A program made the position numbers and the translations under genes. The notes under the pieces were generated by a model. It worked only from the letters and a program-made list of their open reading frames with translations. It did not search any database and had not been told where the DNA came from. From Candidatus Latescibacterota bacterium (lineage in GTDB: Bacteria > Latescibacterota > UBA2968 > UBA8231): a stretch of DNA of 64,000 nt. Shown piece after piece: positions 16,522 to 25,804 of the stretch. The stretch lies in the NCBI GenBank assembly GCA_965217585.1, contig OZ244561.1, forward strand, positions 4,576,001-4,640,000. Direction: 5' to 3'. How positions within the stretch are numbered: the first letter of the stretch is position 1; each line of letters begins with the position of its first letter.

Positions 16522-17936
16522 ACAGGCCCCATATAATAGATGCCCTCACTCAACGGGGTGGTCAGGCGGATAACTTTGTCACTGGTGCCGGCCGCCGCCA
16601 GAGCGTCCACCGCGTCCGTGTCCACTTCCGTATCCCGGGTAGAAATCGTCTCGTCGGTCGAGCGGTAGTAACGCAGCGTCGTTGCAGCGGCTTGACTGTC
16701 CCCTTGGTTGCGGACGGTCACCAGCAGAGTGAAGTGCTCCCCCGGAGACACGAAAGTCGACCCTATCTTCAAAGGCGGCTCGACCACCAAGTCCGGCCCC
16801 CCTTGGCTGGACGTACTATCCGTTTCCGCTTGTTGTCCATCTTGATGGTCTGGCAACGTCGTAAAATTCGGCCCGAAGACCCATTCAGAGGGGCCATCGC
16901 TATTCTCGGCTCTGGCGGCCCAGCGATACTCTGTATTCGGCTCAAGATCGTAGATCGTGTTGTATAGCCTCACGCCTTTATGCGGTTCGTTGGTCCACCT
17001 ACCACCGACGGCCCGCTTGTAGTTGACATCATAGTCGGTGGCCCCCTCAGCCGCATCCCAGCGCACCCGGCAGGACGAATCGGTCACCGCCTCAAAGCGC
17101 AGATTGGTCGGCGCAGGCGGCGCTTCGAGGGCCGCCTGTGCCTTCCCGCTGGGACCGGGGCCCTCTTCTTCGTCGTTGAGCGAGTCGAACAGATCGCAAA
17201 AGGCACAGTCGTCGTCCGTAGCCTTGCCCGCCGAATGCGGTCCCACCGACACCACCAACTCCACCGGAGCCATGCCCGCCTCGACCCGAAAGGCCGAATC
17301 CACATAGGGAACCAACCCGCTGCCCGAAACGATCAACCCATATACCTGGGATTCCGCTCTATCAGACCCGCCACCAGACACACCCGACAAAACAGAAGCA
17401 GCCCCCGCCGCCGAGACACCCGCTTGCCCATCAACCAGCACCATCCGTCCCGTCTGGCTCTCCACCCCCACCGTCATCCGGTAGATATACACCCCCGCCC
17501 CTACCGCCCGACCAGACGCATCCGTAGCGTGCCAAGTCGCGGTATGAAAACCGGCCGGACGCTCCCCATCCACCAACGTCGCAATGCGCTGCCCCAACAG
17601 GTTAAACACCTCTAGGCGCACCTCGGACAAAGCCGCCAGTTGATAGGGAATGATCGTCGAGGGATTGAATGGATTGGGGTAATTCTGACCCAACGCGAAC
17701 CGCTCCGGCAGTGCCCTGCCCGTCAGGGTGGCTAACGGCAGCGCGAAATACCCGGTTCCATCGGTCGTGGCGCGGGCAATGGCTCCCCGTTGAAGGTCGG
17801 TCATATCGAATATCCGCACCTGCGCGTCGGCGACCGGTTCTCCCGACGCCAGCCGCACTCGCCCCTCAAGCAGCGGCTCCGCGCCGACGCTAACGCTTAA
17901 TACTAAGCCGATGAGACTGCTGATTAACGACTTCAT
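16518..17936 (-). CDS. secreted protein with FlgD-Ig/T9SS-CTD-like, FN3 and CARDB domains; 5' part of a frameshifted gene
   Basis: Signal peptide; QNYPNPFNPST..FNLLGQRI..GVYIY; PPAPTNL..VRW..LEPNTEY (FN3); PDLVV..VRNQG (CARDB). Frame breaks at TAT TAT AT GGG GCC TGT. Confidence 0.85.
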   Translation of the reverse strand: MKSLISSLIGLVLSVSVGAEPLLEGRVRLASGEPVADAQVRIFDMTDLQRGAIARATTDGTGYFALPLATLTGRALPERFALGQNYPNPFNPSTIIPYQLAALSEVRLEVFNLLGQRIATLVDGERPAGFHTATWHATDASGRAVGAGVYIYRMTVGVESQTGRMVLVDGQAGVSAAGAASVLSGVSGGGSDRAESQVYGLIVSGSGLVPYVDSAFRVEAGMAPVELVVSVGPHSAGKATDDDCAFCDLFDSLNDEEEGPGPSGKAQAALEAPPAPTNLRFEAVTDSSCRVRWDAAEGATDYDVNYKRAVGGRWTNEPHKGVRLYNTIYDLEPNTEYRWAARAENSDGPSEWVFGPNFTTLPDHQDGQQAETDSTSSQGGPDLVVEPPLKIGSTFVSPGEHFTLLVTVRNQGDSQAAATTLRYYRSTDETISTRDTEVDTDAVDALAAAGTSDKVIRLTTPLSEGIYYMGPV

Positions 17937-17952
17937 AAAAAAGTTCCTTTTA

Positions 17953-18194
17953 ACGTGAGTTCGGGTTAAGCGGCCTTCTAACTGGAGTCGTACCTCGCCT
18001 TTTAGGGCCGGTTTTTAGGTTGGTGGCACTTGCTTATAGATACGTTTGCAAAAATAGTACGAAAATTCCCTCTGTCAACGAAGAAAGGTTGGTTTTGAGC
18101 TTGGTGACCAACTAAAGATTAAAGCGCGTGCTCAATTTGAACCGAAAAACTAGTCTGTCGAGCTTTTGCCCCTCTGCTTATCCCGAACTCACGT
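17953..18194. mobile_element. MITE-1, 242 bp, probably IS982-derived
   Basis: TIRs ACGTGAGTTCGGGTTAAGC / GCTTATCCCGAACTCACGT (18/19); 8-bp TSD TCCTTTTA at 17945-17952 and 18195-18202. Confidence 0.9.
18051..18078 (-). promoter_or_regulatory. sigma70-like promoter inside MITE-1, pointing at the FlgD/LRR gene
   Basis: TTGACA-N16-TATTTT on the minus strand. Confidence 0.5.
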
Positions 18195-18224
18195 TCCTTT
18201 TAGGTGAACGGGCCTGTGTGAAAA

Positions 18225-19235
18225 CTAATTGATTTCTTCTTCGGCCCTCTTTTGCAGGGCGCGCATGTAAGCCAATGTATAAGCCGTGCCCAGCCGCCCG
18301 TCGTCGCCCATCTGCGGGATGTGATCCGGGATCAAGGTGCCGTCGTAGCCGACTTCGGCCAGCGTGCGCATGGCTTGATACATGTCGAAGTATCCATCGT
18401 CGACGAAGGTCTCGACAAAGTGCGGCAGCGGCTTATCTACGTTGCGGTAGTGGACTTTGAATATCTTGCCCTGCCCGCCGAAGTAGCGGATTGTCTCCAC
18501 CACGTCGCGGCCCATCGCCTCGCCCCCCTCCAGCCAGCAGCCGATGCACAAGCACATCCCCACATTGGGGCTGTCGGCGATTTCAAGGGCGCGTTGGTAC
18601 CCGTCAAAGCTGCTAAAAATGGGCCGCGGCACTCCGCCCAGCGGCACCCCGGGTGGGTCGTCCGGGTGAATGCCAATGCGGACGCCGGCCTCCTCGGCGA
18701 CCGGCGCGACTTCCTTGGCAAAGGAGGCGAAGTTGTCCCACAGCTCTTCCTCAGTGTATTCGCGGTCGTGCGTCAGCCCCTCGCCGGTAAAGCCGCCGCC
18801 GGCCGCCTCGGCGAGCCGCGCCATGTCAAAGGCCCGCGCCCTAGAGCCGCCCCGGGTCTGCTCCGGCGGCGTGCTCCACACGCTGTTGGCCATGTGGGCA
18901 TACGTCGTGTAGGGAATGTCGGCTTGGCCCAAGTTGCGGATGTGTGCCTTGTACTCGGCGACTTTTTCGTCGCGGTTGGGTAGGTTGAGGGTGATCGCAT
19001 CCACGTTGTGGACGCTGCCGTTGCCCAAGCCGTAGAGCTGGATGCCGCCACGGGCAAAGTGCTCCTGGCGGCTGCGATAGTACTCGGGGCTGGCCTTGGC
19101 CGAATCGACCCAAGTCACTGCGTATTCGACGCCCATCTGCCGCACAAAGGCCATTTCCTCCTCGCTCGGCTCCGGGGACATCTGGGCCGCGACCTTGAGG
19201 CCGGGCGCTATTTCAATGTGGCTTTTGACGGCCAT
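18225..19235 (-). CDS. mannonate dehydratase (UxuA) family protein
   Basis: IHPDDPP, VHYRNV, FVETFVDDG, PDHIP; start moved to MAVKSH, which follows an SD-like GAAAGGAAG. Confidence 0.82.
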   Translation of the reverse strand: MAVKSHIEIAPGLKVAAQMSPEPSEEEMAFVRQMGVEYAVTWVDSAKASPEYYRSRQEHFARGGIQLYGLGNGSVHNVDAITLNLPNRDEKVAEYKAHIRNLGQADIPYTTYAHMANSVWSTPPEQTRGGSRARAFDMARLAEAAGGGFTGEGLTHDREYTEEELWDNFASFAKEVAPVAEEAGVRIGIHPDDPPGVPLGGVPRPIFSSFDGYQRALEIADSPNVGMCLCIGCWLEGGEAMGRDVVETIRYFGGQGKIFKVHYRNVDKPLPHFVETFVDDGYFDMYQAMRTLAEVGYDGTLIPDHIPQMGDDGRLGTAYTLAYMRALQKRAEEEIN

Positions 19236-19392
19236 GATGATCTTCCTTTCGCTGCAAAGGGGAGGGGTGGGATTACGCCGCAAATCTAAGGCTCCAGCCG
19301 CGCGCTATCAACAGAGGAACGCAAGCGATAAATTGAATACGTCGCTATACTTTGAGAGCGGAAGGGATACGTGCAAAATGCAGCATAAACTC

Positions 19393-20181
19393 ATGCGGCG
19401 TCCGGTCCCAATTGTCACGCTGACGACGGATTTCGGCGGTGGCGATTACTATGTCGGTGCGATGAAGGGAGTCATCTTAGGTATCGCACCGGAGGCCCAT
19501 CTCGTGGATATCTCCCACCAGATTCCGCCCCAAGACGTGCTCGCCGCCGCCTTTGTTCTGCGCCACGCCGCGCGCGAATTCCCGCCCGGCACCGTGCACG
19601 TAGCCGTCGTCGATCCCGGCGTAGGTACCCAGCGCCGTCCCCTCGCCCTGCAGAGCAACGGGCACTTGTGGGTGGGGCCGGACAACGGCCTCTTCAGCTT
19701 CGTCCTCGACCGCGCCGACAGCCGGGTGTATGAAATCGCCCGGCGCGACCTCGGCCGGCCCGACCCGAGCAGCACCTTCCACGGCCGCGATCTCTTCGCT
19801 CCGCTGGCCGCTCACCTCTGTCGCGGCTTGGACCTCGCGGCAGTCGGTCCGCCGGTGACCGACCCGGTGCGCTTGGCCGAGTCCACACCTTGTAAATCGG
19901 CTGGCCGCATCGCCGGCCACATCGTCCACATCGACGGCTTTGGCAACTTGGTAAGCAACATTGCGGCCGCCGACATTGAGCCGTGGGGCTCCGCGCTGCG
20001 CATCCGTCTCGGGGACCATGTACTCACGGAGCTTTGCCGCACGTACGAGGATGTCGAGTCGGGCGCGCCGCTCGCTTTGATCGGCAGCGCCGGTCTGTTG
20101 GAAGTTGCGGTCAACCGCGGCCATGCCGCCCGTCAATTGGGCGTGCAACGCCGCGCTACCCTTGTCGTCGAAAAGCTTTGA
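19393..20181 (+). CDS. SAM hydroxide adenosyltransferase / chlorinase-fluorinase (DUF62) family
   Basis: TLTTDFG, VVDPGVGT, GPDNG, STFHGRD, IDGFGN, LEVAVN. Confidence 0.92.
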   Translation: MRRPVPIVTLTTDFGGGDYYVGAMKGVILGIAPEAHLVDISHQIPPQDVLAAAFVLRHAAREFPPGTVHVAVVDPGVGTQRRPLALQSNGHLWVGPDNGLFSFVLDRADSRVYEIARRDLGRPDPSSTFHGRDLFAPLAAHLCRGLDLAAVGPPVTDPVRLAESTPCKSAGRIAGHIVHIDGFGNLVSNIAAADIEPWGSALRIRLGDHVLTELCRTYEDVESGAPLALIGSAGLLEVAVNRGHAARQLGVQRRATLVVEKL

Positions 20182-20196
20182 GAAAGAAATAAAGTT

Positions 20197-21555
20197 ATGT
20201 CTAGTGCTCCGCTCATCGTCAGCATTTCTGGAATTCGCGGTCTCGTCGGCCAGTCGCTCACCGATGAGGTGGTCGCCCGCTTTGCCGCGGCCTTTGGCAC
20301 CACCTTGACGCCGGGCGCTACCGTCGTCCTCGCCCGCGACACGCGCCCGTCTGGAGCGGCTTTTGCCCAAGCTGCGGCCGCCGCCCTGTGCCAGACGGGA
20401 TGCCGCGTCGTCGATTTGGGCAAATGCTCTACGCCTGGGGCCAAGCTAATGGTCGCCGCGCTCGCTGCCGAGGGTGCGATCATCATCACTGCCAGTCACA
20501 ACCCGGCTCCTTGGAACGGCCTCAAGCTGGTGCGCGCCGACGGCGTCTTTCTCAATGCGGAAGAGGGTGCGCGCGTCGAGGTCCTCTTCCACGCGGGCCA
20601 GTTTCGCTGCGCTGCGTCCGGCGAGCTAGAAACGCTCGATTCAGACGCCGTGGTGGCGCGCCACGTCCAGCAGATTGTGGACTATGTCGATGCCGACGCC
20701 ATTCGCCGGGCCGGGTTCAAGGTGGCCGTCGATCCCTGCAATGGCACGGGGGCCTTGTCGATCCCGAGCCTGCTGGACGCCTTGGGCGTCGAAGCCACCT
20801 TCATCAACGCGCGGCCCGACGGTGATTTTGCCCACAACCCGGAGCCGGTGCCCGCTAACCTCGTCCAGCTCGGCCAGGCCGTGCGCGACAACGGTTGCGC
20901 CATCGGCTTTGCCATCGACCCAGACGCCGATCGCGTCGCGTTGGTCGATGCGAGCGGCTCGCCCGTAGGCGAAGACTATACGCTCGCGCTGGCGGTTCAA
21001 GCGGTGGCGGCGCGGCAGCCCGGCCCGGTCGTCACCACCCTCTCCACCTCACAGGCCGTTACCGACGCGGCCGTTGCTCACAACTGTCCGGTTTTTCTTA
21101 CGGCGGTCGGCGAGGTCCACGTGGTGGAGAAGATGATGGCCGAGCGAGCGGTCATCGGCGGCGAGGGCAACGGCGGCGTCATCGTCGCTCAAGTTGGCCC
21201 CAGTCGAGACGCGGCCGTCGGCTTGGCCCTAGTGCTGGAGGCTATGGCACGCACCGGCCAGTCCCTCGAAGAACGGGTCGCCGCCCTGCCCAGCTACGCC
21301 ATCGACAAGCGCAAAATTACTTGCACCCCAGAGCAGCTAGCCGCCGCCATCGCCGCGCTGCGCGAGCGCTATCCCCAAGCGTATGTCCACCCGGTGCGAG
21401 ATGGTTCCAAGCTCTACCTGAGCGGACAGCTCGAATGCCCCTGGATCCACCTCCGCGCCTCCAATACCGAACCCATTGTCCGCGTCATCGCCGAGAGCGC
21501 GAGCGCCGCAGAAGCCGCCCTGCTCTGCGACGAGGTGGAAGGTCTGTTTGCGTAG
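20197..21555 (+). CDS. phosphoglucosamine mutase/phosphomannomutase family
   Basis: SISGIRG, TASHNP (phospho-Ser loop), DPDADR, GGEGNGG, RASNTEP. Confidence 0.9.
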   Translation: MSSAPLIVSISGIRGLVGQSLTDEVVARFAAAFGTTLTPGATVVLARDTRPSGAAFAQAAAAALCQTGCRVVDLGKCSTPGAKLMVAALAAEGAIIITASHNPAPWNGLKLVRADGVFLNAEEGARVEVLFHAGQFRCAASGELETLDSDAVVARHVQQIVDYVDADAIRRAGFKVAVDPCNGTGALSIPSLLDALGVEATFINARPDGDFAHNPEPVPANLVQLGQAVRDNGCAIGFAIDPDADRVALVDASGSPVGEDYTLALAVQAVAARQPGPVVTTLSTSQAVTDAAVAHNCPVFLTAVGEVHVVEKMMAERAVIGGEGNGGVIVAQVGPSRDAAVGLALVLEAMARTGQSLEERVAALPSYAIDKRKITCTPEQLAAAIAALRERYPQAYVHPVRDGSKLYLSGQLECPWIHLRASNTEPIVRVIAESASAAEAALLCDEVEGLFA

Positions 21556-21702
21556 GGAGAAGGAGCGACTTGCCCTTCATGGGCGGTGGTTCGATTGGTG
21601 ATGCCGCGTGTGCAGTAGGCTATGAAAGTATTGGCGTTGCAGGCGACCCCGCGTTTTCAGCATGGCAAAAGCCGCGATTCTGCAATTGGCCTACGCGGAG
21701 GG

Positions 21703-22209
21703 TCAACTAGCAGCGACAATATCTCCGTAGGAGCCTTTGACTAGCTGGTCGCTGGTGATTTCCAATGCCCGCATCAGGGCCTCGACGCGTCGGTGCGACT
21801 CCTCGATGCCCTTTTCTTCGGTCACCGCCTCTAGCTCGACGAACTGGCCGAGGCCTTTTACGTCGTCGAGGTGGATGCGCACGTTTTCCCACAGCCAGAC
21901 TTGGCGCGTCTTCTCCACCTCGACCCAGATGCCGTGGATGCCGCTGAGGATGTTGCGCAGGCCCTCGGGGTCTTCGGTCTTGGCAATCTCGTAGTCGCTG
22001 CGCTTGGGGCCGGCTAGGTCCTCGCGCTGGTAGAAAATCAGATGGCCTTCGTCGGTCCCAAGCTCGCGCAGCTTGAGCCGCCCCCGGTCAATGTTGAAAT
22101 AGGTGTCCTTCTGGTGGAAGGTCCCCGCCAGCCCCGCGCCGAGGGCGTTGAGGTTTTCTTCGGCGCGCTCGACGTCGTGATAGTGAGCCTTGATCTCGAT
22201 ATTGGTCAT
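21703..22209 (-). CDS. CYTH-domain protein (class IV adenylate cyclase-like)
   Basis: NIEIKA, QKDTYF, RLKLRE, VEKTR, HLDDVKGLGQFVELE. Confidence 0.88.
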   Translation of the reverse strand: MTNIEIKAHYHDVERAEENLNALGAGLAGTFHQKDTYFNIDRGRLKLRELGTDEGHLIFYQREDLAGPKRSDYEIAKTEDPEGLRNILSGIHGIWVEVEKTRQVWLWENVRIHLDDVKGLGQFVELEAVTEEKGIEESHRRVEALMRALEITSDQLVKGSYGDIVAAS

Positions 22210-22306
22210 GTTGGATGCGTTTCGTTGAATGCGGCTTGAAAATCTACGCCCGCCCCCCGGCCCGTGCAAGCTTGCGCTCCACTTCCCGATGCATCAAAGT
22301 ATAGCC

Positions 22307-23281
22307 ATGAAAGCCATAACCGTAGCCAACGACGTTGGCCACTCGCTCTGCTGGCAAGAGGTCCCAGACCCCACTTGCGGCCCGGGCGAGGTCCTCGTTG
22401 ATATCCATGCCACAGCCGTCAATCGCGCCGATCTCCTCCAGCGCGCTGGCAACTACCCGCCTCCTCCGGGCGCGTCTCCCTACATGGGCTTGGAAATGGC
22501 GGGCGTGGTCGCCGCCACCGACGCGGCCGTAACGCAGTGGCAGCCCGGCGACCGCGTCCTCGGCTTGCTCTCCGGCGGCGGGTACGCCGAGCGCGTGGCC
22601 GTTCCCGCCACCCATTTGCTGCCCCTGCCCGCCGAGCGCGACTTCACTTGGGGAGCTGCCATCTGCGAGGTCTTTCTCACCGCTTTTGTCAACCTGTTCC
22701 GCGAAGCCGGCTTGCGCGCCGGCGAGACCGCCCTCATCCACGGCGGGGGCAGCGGCGTCGGCACGGCCGCTGTGCAACTGTGCTGCCAAGCCGCCGCCAA
22801 GGCGATCGTCACGGCCGGCACGGACGACAAAGTGGCGTGCTGCCTAGCGCTGGGCGCGGAGTTTGGGGTCAACTACAAGGAGCGGGACTTCGCCGAGGCC
22901 ATTCTCGCTCACACCGACGGGGTTGATGTGATCCTCGACATCGCGGGGGCCGACTATTTGGCGCGCAATATGCGGCTGCTCAAGTCCGGTGGCCGCCTCG
23001 TGATCATCGCCGTCCTGACCGGTGCCGAGGCTCAGATCGACCTCTTGGAACTACAGAGAAAACGGCTGCGCCTGATCGGCTCGGTCTTGCGCAGCCGCTC
23101 GGACGCGGAGAAAACCGCGATCGTTGCGGCCTTCCAAGAGCGCTTCTGGCCGCTGCTAGTCGACGGGCGCATGCGAGCCGTGATCGAGGACGTGCTGCCC
23201 ATCGAGCGCGCGGCCGAAGCCCAGGACATCCTGCGGCAAAACCGCAACATCGGCAAGGTCGTCCTGCAAGTTAGGAATTAG
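22307..23281 (+). CDS. NAD(P)H-quinone oxidoreductase, PIG3 family
   Basis: VNRADLLQRAGNYPPPPGAS..GLE, HGGGSGVG, NIGKVVL. Confidence 0.9.
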   Translation: MKAITVANDVGHSLCWQEVPDPTCGPGEVLVDIHATAVNRADLLQRAGNYPPPPGASPYMGLEMAGVVAATDAAVTQWQPGDRVLGLLSGGGYAERVAVPATHLLPLPAERDFTWGAAICEVFLTAFVNLFREAGLRAGETALIHGGGSGVGTAAVQLCCQAAAKAIVTAGTDDKVACCLALGAEFGVNYKERDFAEAILAHTDGVDVILDIAGADYLARNMRLLKSGGRLVIIAVLTGAEAQIDLLELQRKRLRLIGSVLRSRSDAEKTAIVAAFQERFWPLLVDGRMRAVIEDVLPIERAAEAQDILRQNRNIGKVVLQVRN

Positions 23282-23291
23282 GAATTAGGAG
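23271..23291. repeat. heptamer tandem repeat TTAGGAA (also 28489-28516)
   Basis: TTAGGAA TTAGGAA TTAGGAG here; degenerate copy upstream of the 2-hydroxyacid dehydrogenase. Confidence 0.55.
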
Positions 23292-23297
23292 TTTTCT

Positions 23298-24347
23298 ATG
23301 AGCACTCGTTATCGCCACATCGAAGTCAGCGGCCCGCCGCACGAGTTGGGCCGCCAGATCGGGGAGGCCGCCCGCGACGAAATTCGCGGCTTTGCCGCCA
23401 TCGCCCTAGAGCGGGTCAACAAGACCGTGAGCGTATCGCGCACCCGCGCCATGGATATAAGCCGCCGGAGCATGGATTGCGCGGCTGCGTACGCGCCCGA
23501 CATGCTCGACGAGTTGCGCGGCATGAGCGCGGGCGCTGGCGTCGCGCTCGACGAGTTGATGCTTTTGCAGGTGCGCAACCAGCTTTGCCCGGAGGAGGAC
23601 GCGGCCTGCACGGCCTTTGCCGTCGCCCCCCAGCGCAGCGCCGAGGGCCGAGCGATTGCAGCGCAGAACTGGGACAACGACCCCGCGTTGGACCCCTTCA
23701 CCATCGTGCTGACGCGCCGACCGGCCGGCAAGCCAGCGCTGATGAACGTCACCCAAGCGGGCCTGATCGCCTACATCGGCTGCAACGACGCTGGCATGGG
23801 CGTCTGCATGAACACCCTGCCGGCCCCCAGCCGCCCGGTCGGCGTCCCACACTACTTTGCCGTGCGCGCCATCTACGAACAGACCTCGCTCAGCGATGCG
23901 GTCGCCGCGGTGCGCCGGGCCGACCGCGCCATTCCCGGCAACGTCCTCCTCGCCACCCCGCAGGGGCCGGCCGATCTCGAACTCACTTTGGGCCACGTTC
24001 ACGTCTTGCGCGACGACGAGTTCGTCGTCCACACCAACCACTGCCTGCACCCGGAGCTCGCGCCGATCAACCGCGAATTTCCCGAGCTGATTGAGTCCGG
24101 CCCGCGCCAGCACCGCATCGAACAGTTGCTCGGCCCCGAGCAGCTCGTGAGCATGGCGCAAGTGCAGGAGGCCCTGCGCGACCACGACCGGCACCCGCAC
24201 TCCATTTGCCGCCACGTCAACGATCACCCGCAGACCGGCTTTTGGGCGAGCGTGTTTTCGGTGGTGATCGAGGCCGATCAAGGCCGCATGCACATCAGCC
24301 GCGGCAACCCCTGCGCGGCTCCGTACGAAACGTATTCGCTCAACTGA
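23298..24347 (+). CDS. C45 family Ntn-hydrolase (acyl-CoA:6-APA acyltransferase-like)
   Basis: GRQIG, A/CTAFA autoproteolytic Cys, AQNWD, GCNDAG, HTNH, GNPC. Confidence 0.85.
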   Translation: MSTRYRHIEVSGPPHELGRQIGEAARDEIRGFAAIALERVNKTVSVSRTRAMDISRRSMDCAAAYAPDMLDELRGMSAGAGVALDELMLLQVRNQLCPEEDAACTAFAVAPQRSAEGRAIAAQNWDNDPALDPFTIVLTRRPAGKPALMNVTQAGLIAYIGCNDAGMGVCMNTLPAPSRPVGVPHYFAVRAIYEQTSLSDAVAAVRRADRAIPGNVLLATPQGPADLELTLGHVHVLRDDEFVVHTNHCLHPELAPINREFPELIESGPRQHRIEQLLGPEQLVSMAQVQEALRDHDRHPHSICRHVNDHPQTGFWASVFSVVIEADQGRMHISRGNPCAAPYETYSLN

Positions 24348-24358
24348 CAGGAGGCACT

Positions 24359-25804
24359 ATGGGCACCCTGCACGGCACGATTGTCGATGAAGTCACCGGC
24401 GAATCGCTCGACGCCAAAGTCCACGTACTCAACGCCTCGGGCACCTTTTCCCATCCACCGGACTCCATGCTGAAGCGCGGTCCGGGGACGCCGTTTTTCT
24501 TTTGCGATGGCTCGTTTGTCGCTGAGGGCAGCCGGGGGCGCACGGATGTGCTGGTCGAGCGCGGCACCGAGTACGAACCCTATCGCACGACCGTCGAATT
24601 GCCCGCCAAGGGCCGCGTCGAGTTGGAGATTCCGCTGCGCCGTTGGTACCGCCCCCAAGAGGATGCTTGGTATCCGGGCAACACGCACATTCACTACGAC
24701 GAAAAAGAAACCCGGCCCGACGAGCGGCTCGGGATCGATTGCAGCGTCGAGGGGTACAACGTCACCTGTGTCAGCGTGCTCGACCGCCGCCAACTGCCCT
24801 ACGCATCCAACAAGTATCCCATTGGCGTGATGAACGAGTTTACAACCGCCCATCACGTCCTCGACATCGGCGAGGAAAACCGCCACTACGGAGACAACTC
24901 GCCGTGGGGCTTTGGCTACGGTCACGTGATGTTGCTCAACATCCGCAACCTCGTGCAGCCCGTCAGCCGCGGCCACACTCTCGCCGGGCAATTCGACCCG
25001 GACTATCCGCCCTTGTGCTTTTGCTGCGACGATGCCCGCGAGCAGGGCGGCTTGGTCATCTGGTGCCACAACGGCCGCGGCATGGAGGCCCCGGTGGCCG
25101 CAGCGCTCGGCAAGCTCGACGCCTTCAACCTGTTCGACCCCTTTTGGATGGATCCAGAATACGACCTCTGGTACAAGCTGCTCAACTGCGGTCTGCGGCT
25201 GCCGGCCTCGACCGGCACGGACTGGTTTGTGTGCTCCAACAACCGCGTGTACGTCCAAGTGGATGGAGAATTTTCGTATGCGCGCTGGATCGAAGGCATG
25301 AAACAGGGGCGGACCTTCATAACCAACGGCCCGGCCCTCCAGCTCACACTCAACGAGCGTCCGATGGGCGAGACCGTGGAATGCGAAAGCGGCGCGGAGT
25401 TAGAGGCCGAAGTGAACTTTAGTTCGTTTTATCCAATTGAACGCGCCGAGTTGGTGGTCAACGGCTCGGTAGTCCAGCGCTGGGAATGGCCGGCCGGCTG
25501 GCGCGAGGGCGCGTTGCGCCACGGCTTCAGGGCCGAGCGCGACGGTTGGGTTGCCGCCCGTCTGTGGGGCGACTCGCGCGACAGCTTTGGCCAGTCCATT
25601 TACGCGCATTCGAGCCCGAGCTATTTCCGTTGCGGCGCGCCGCCGGCCGAGCGCGAGGCGGACGCGAGTTTCTTCCTCCGCTCGATTGACGAATCGCTCA
25701 AGTGGATCGGCACCTATGGCCGCTACAACAACGACCAGCAGCGCGAGGATGTGCGGGAACTGTTCAGGAGGGGGCGCGAGGTGTACGCGGGGTTGGCTGG
25801 CTGA
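24359..25804 (+). CDS. CehA/McbA family metallohydrolase
   Basis: VERGTEY, GNTHIH, GEENRH, WCH, LLNCG..ASTGTD, GRTFITNGP, AHSSP; RBS AGGAGG before ATG 24359. Confidence 0.82.
   Translation: MGTLHGTIVDEVTGESLDAKVHVLNASGTFSHPPDSMLKRGPGTPFFFCDGSFVAEGSRGRTDVLVERGTEYEPYRTTVELPAKGRVELEIPLRRWYRPQEDAWYPGNTHIHYDEKETRPDERLGIDCSVEGYNVTCVSVLDRRQLPYASNKYPIGVMNEFTTAHHVLDIGEENRHYGDNSPWGFGYGHVMLLNIRNLVQPVSRGHTLAGQFDPDYPPLCFCCDDAREQGGLVIWCHNGRGMEAPVAAALGKLDAFNLFDPFWMDPEYDLWYKLLNCGLRLPASTGTDWFVCSNNRVYVQVDGEFSYARWIEGMKQGRTFITNGPALQLTLNERPMGETVECESGAELEAEVNFSSFYPIERAELVVNGSVVQRWEWPAGWREGALRHGFRAERDGWVAARLWGDSRDSFGQSIYAHSSPSYFRCGAPPAEREADASFFLRSIDESLKWIGTYGRYNNDQQREDVRELFRRGREVYAGLAG

Noticed and set aside
14755-17936. 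Diversity-generating retroelement acting on the LRR gene
   Set aside because: There is no reverse transcriptase in the window and no template/variable repeat pair with adenine-specific mismatches.
19393-20181. Fluorinase/chlorinase call
   Set aside because: It keeps the DUF62 hydrolase-type FHGRD motif, has no evident fluorinase insertion and has no biosynthetic context.
21581-21607. tRNA T-loop-like GGTTCGATT
   Set aside because: No pairing T-stem, anticodon arm or acceptor stem.
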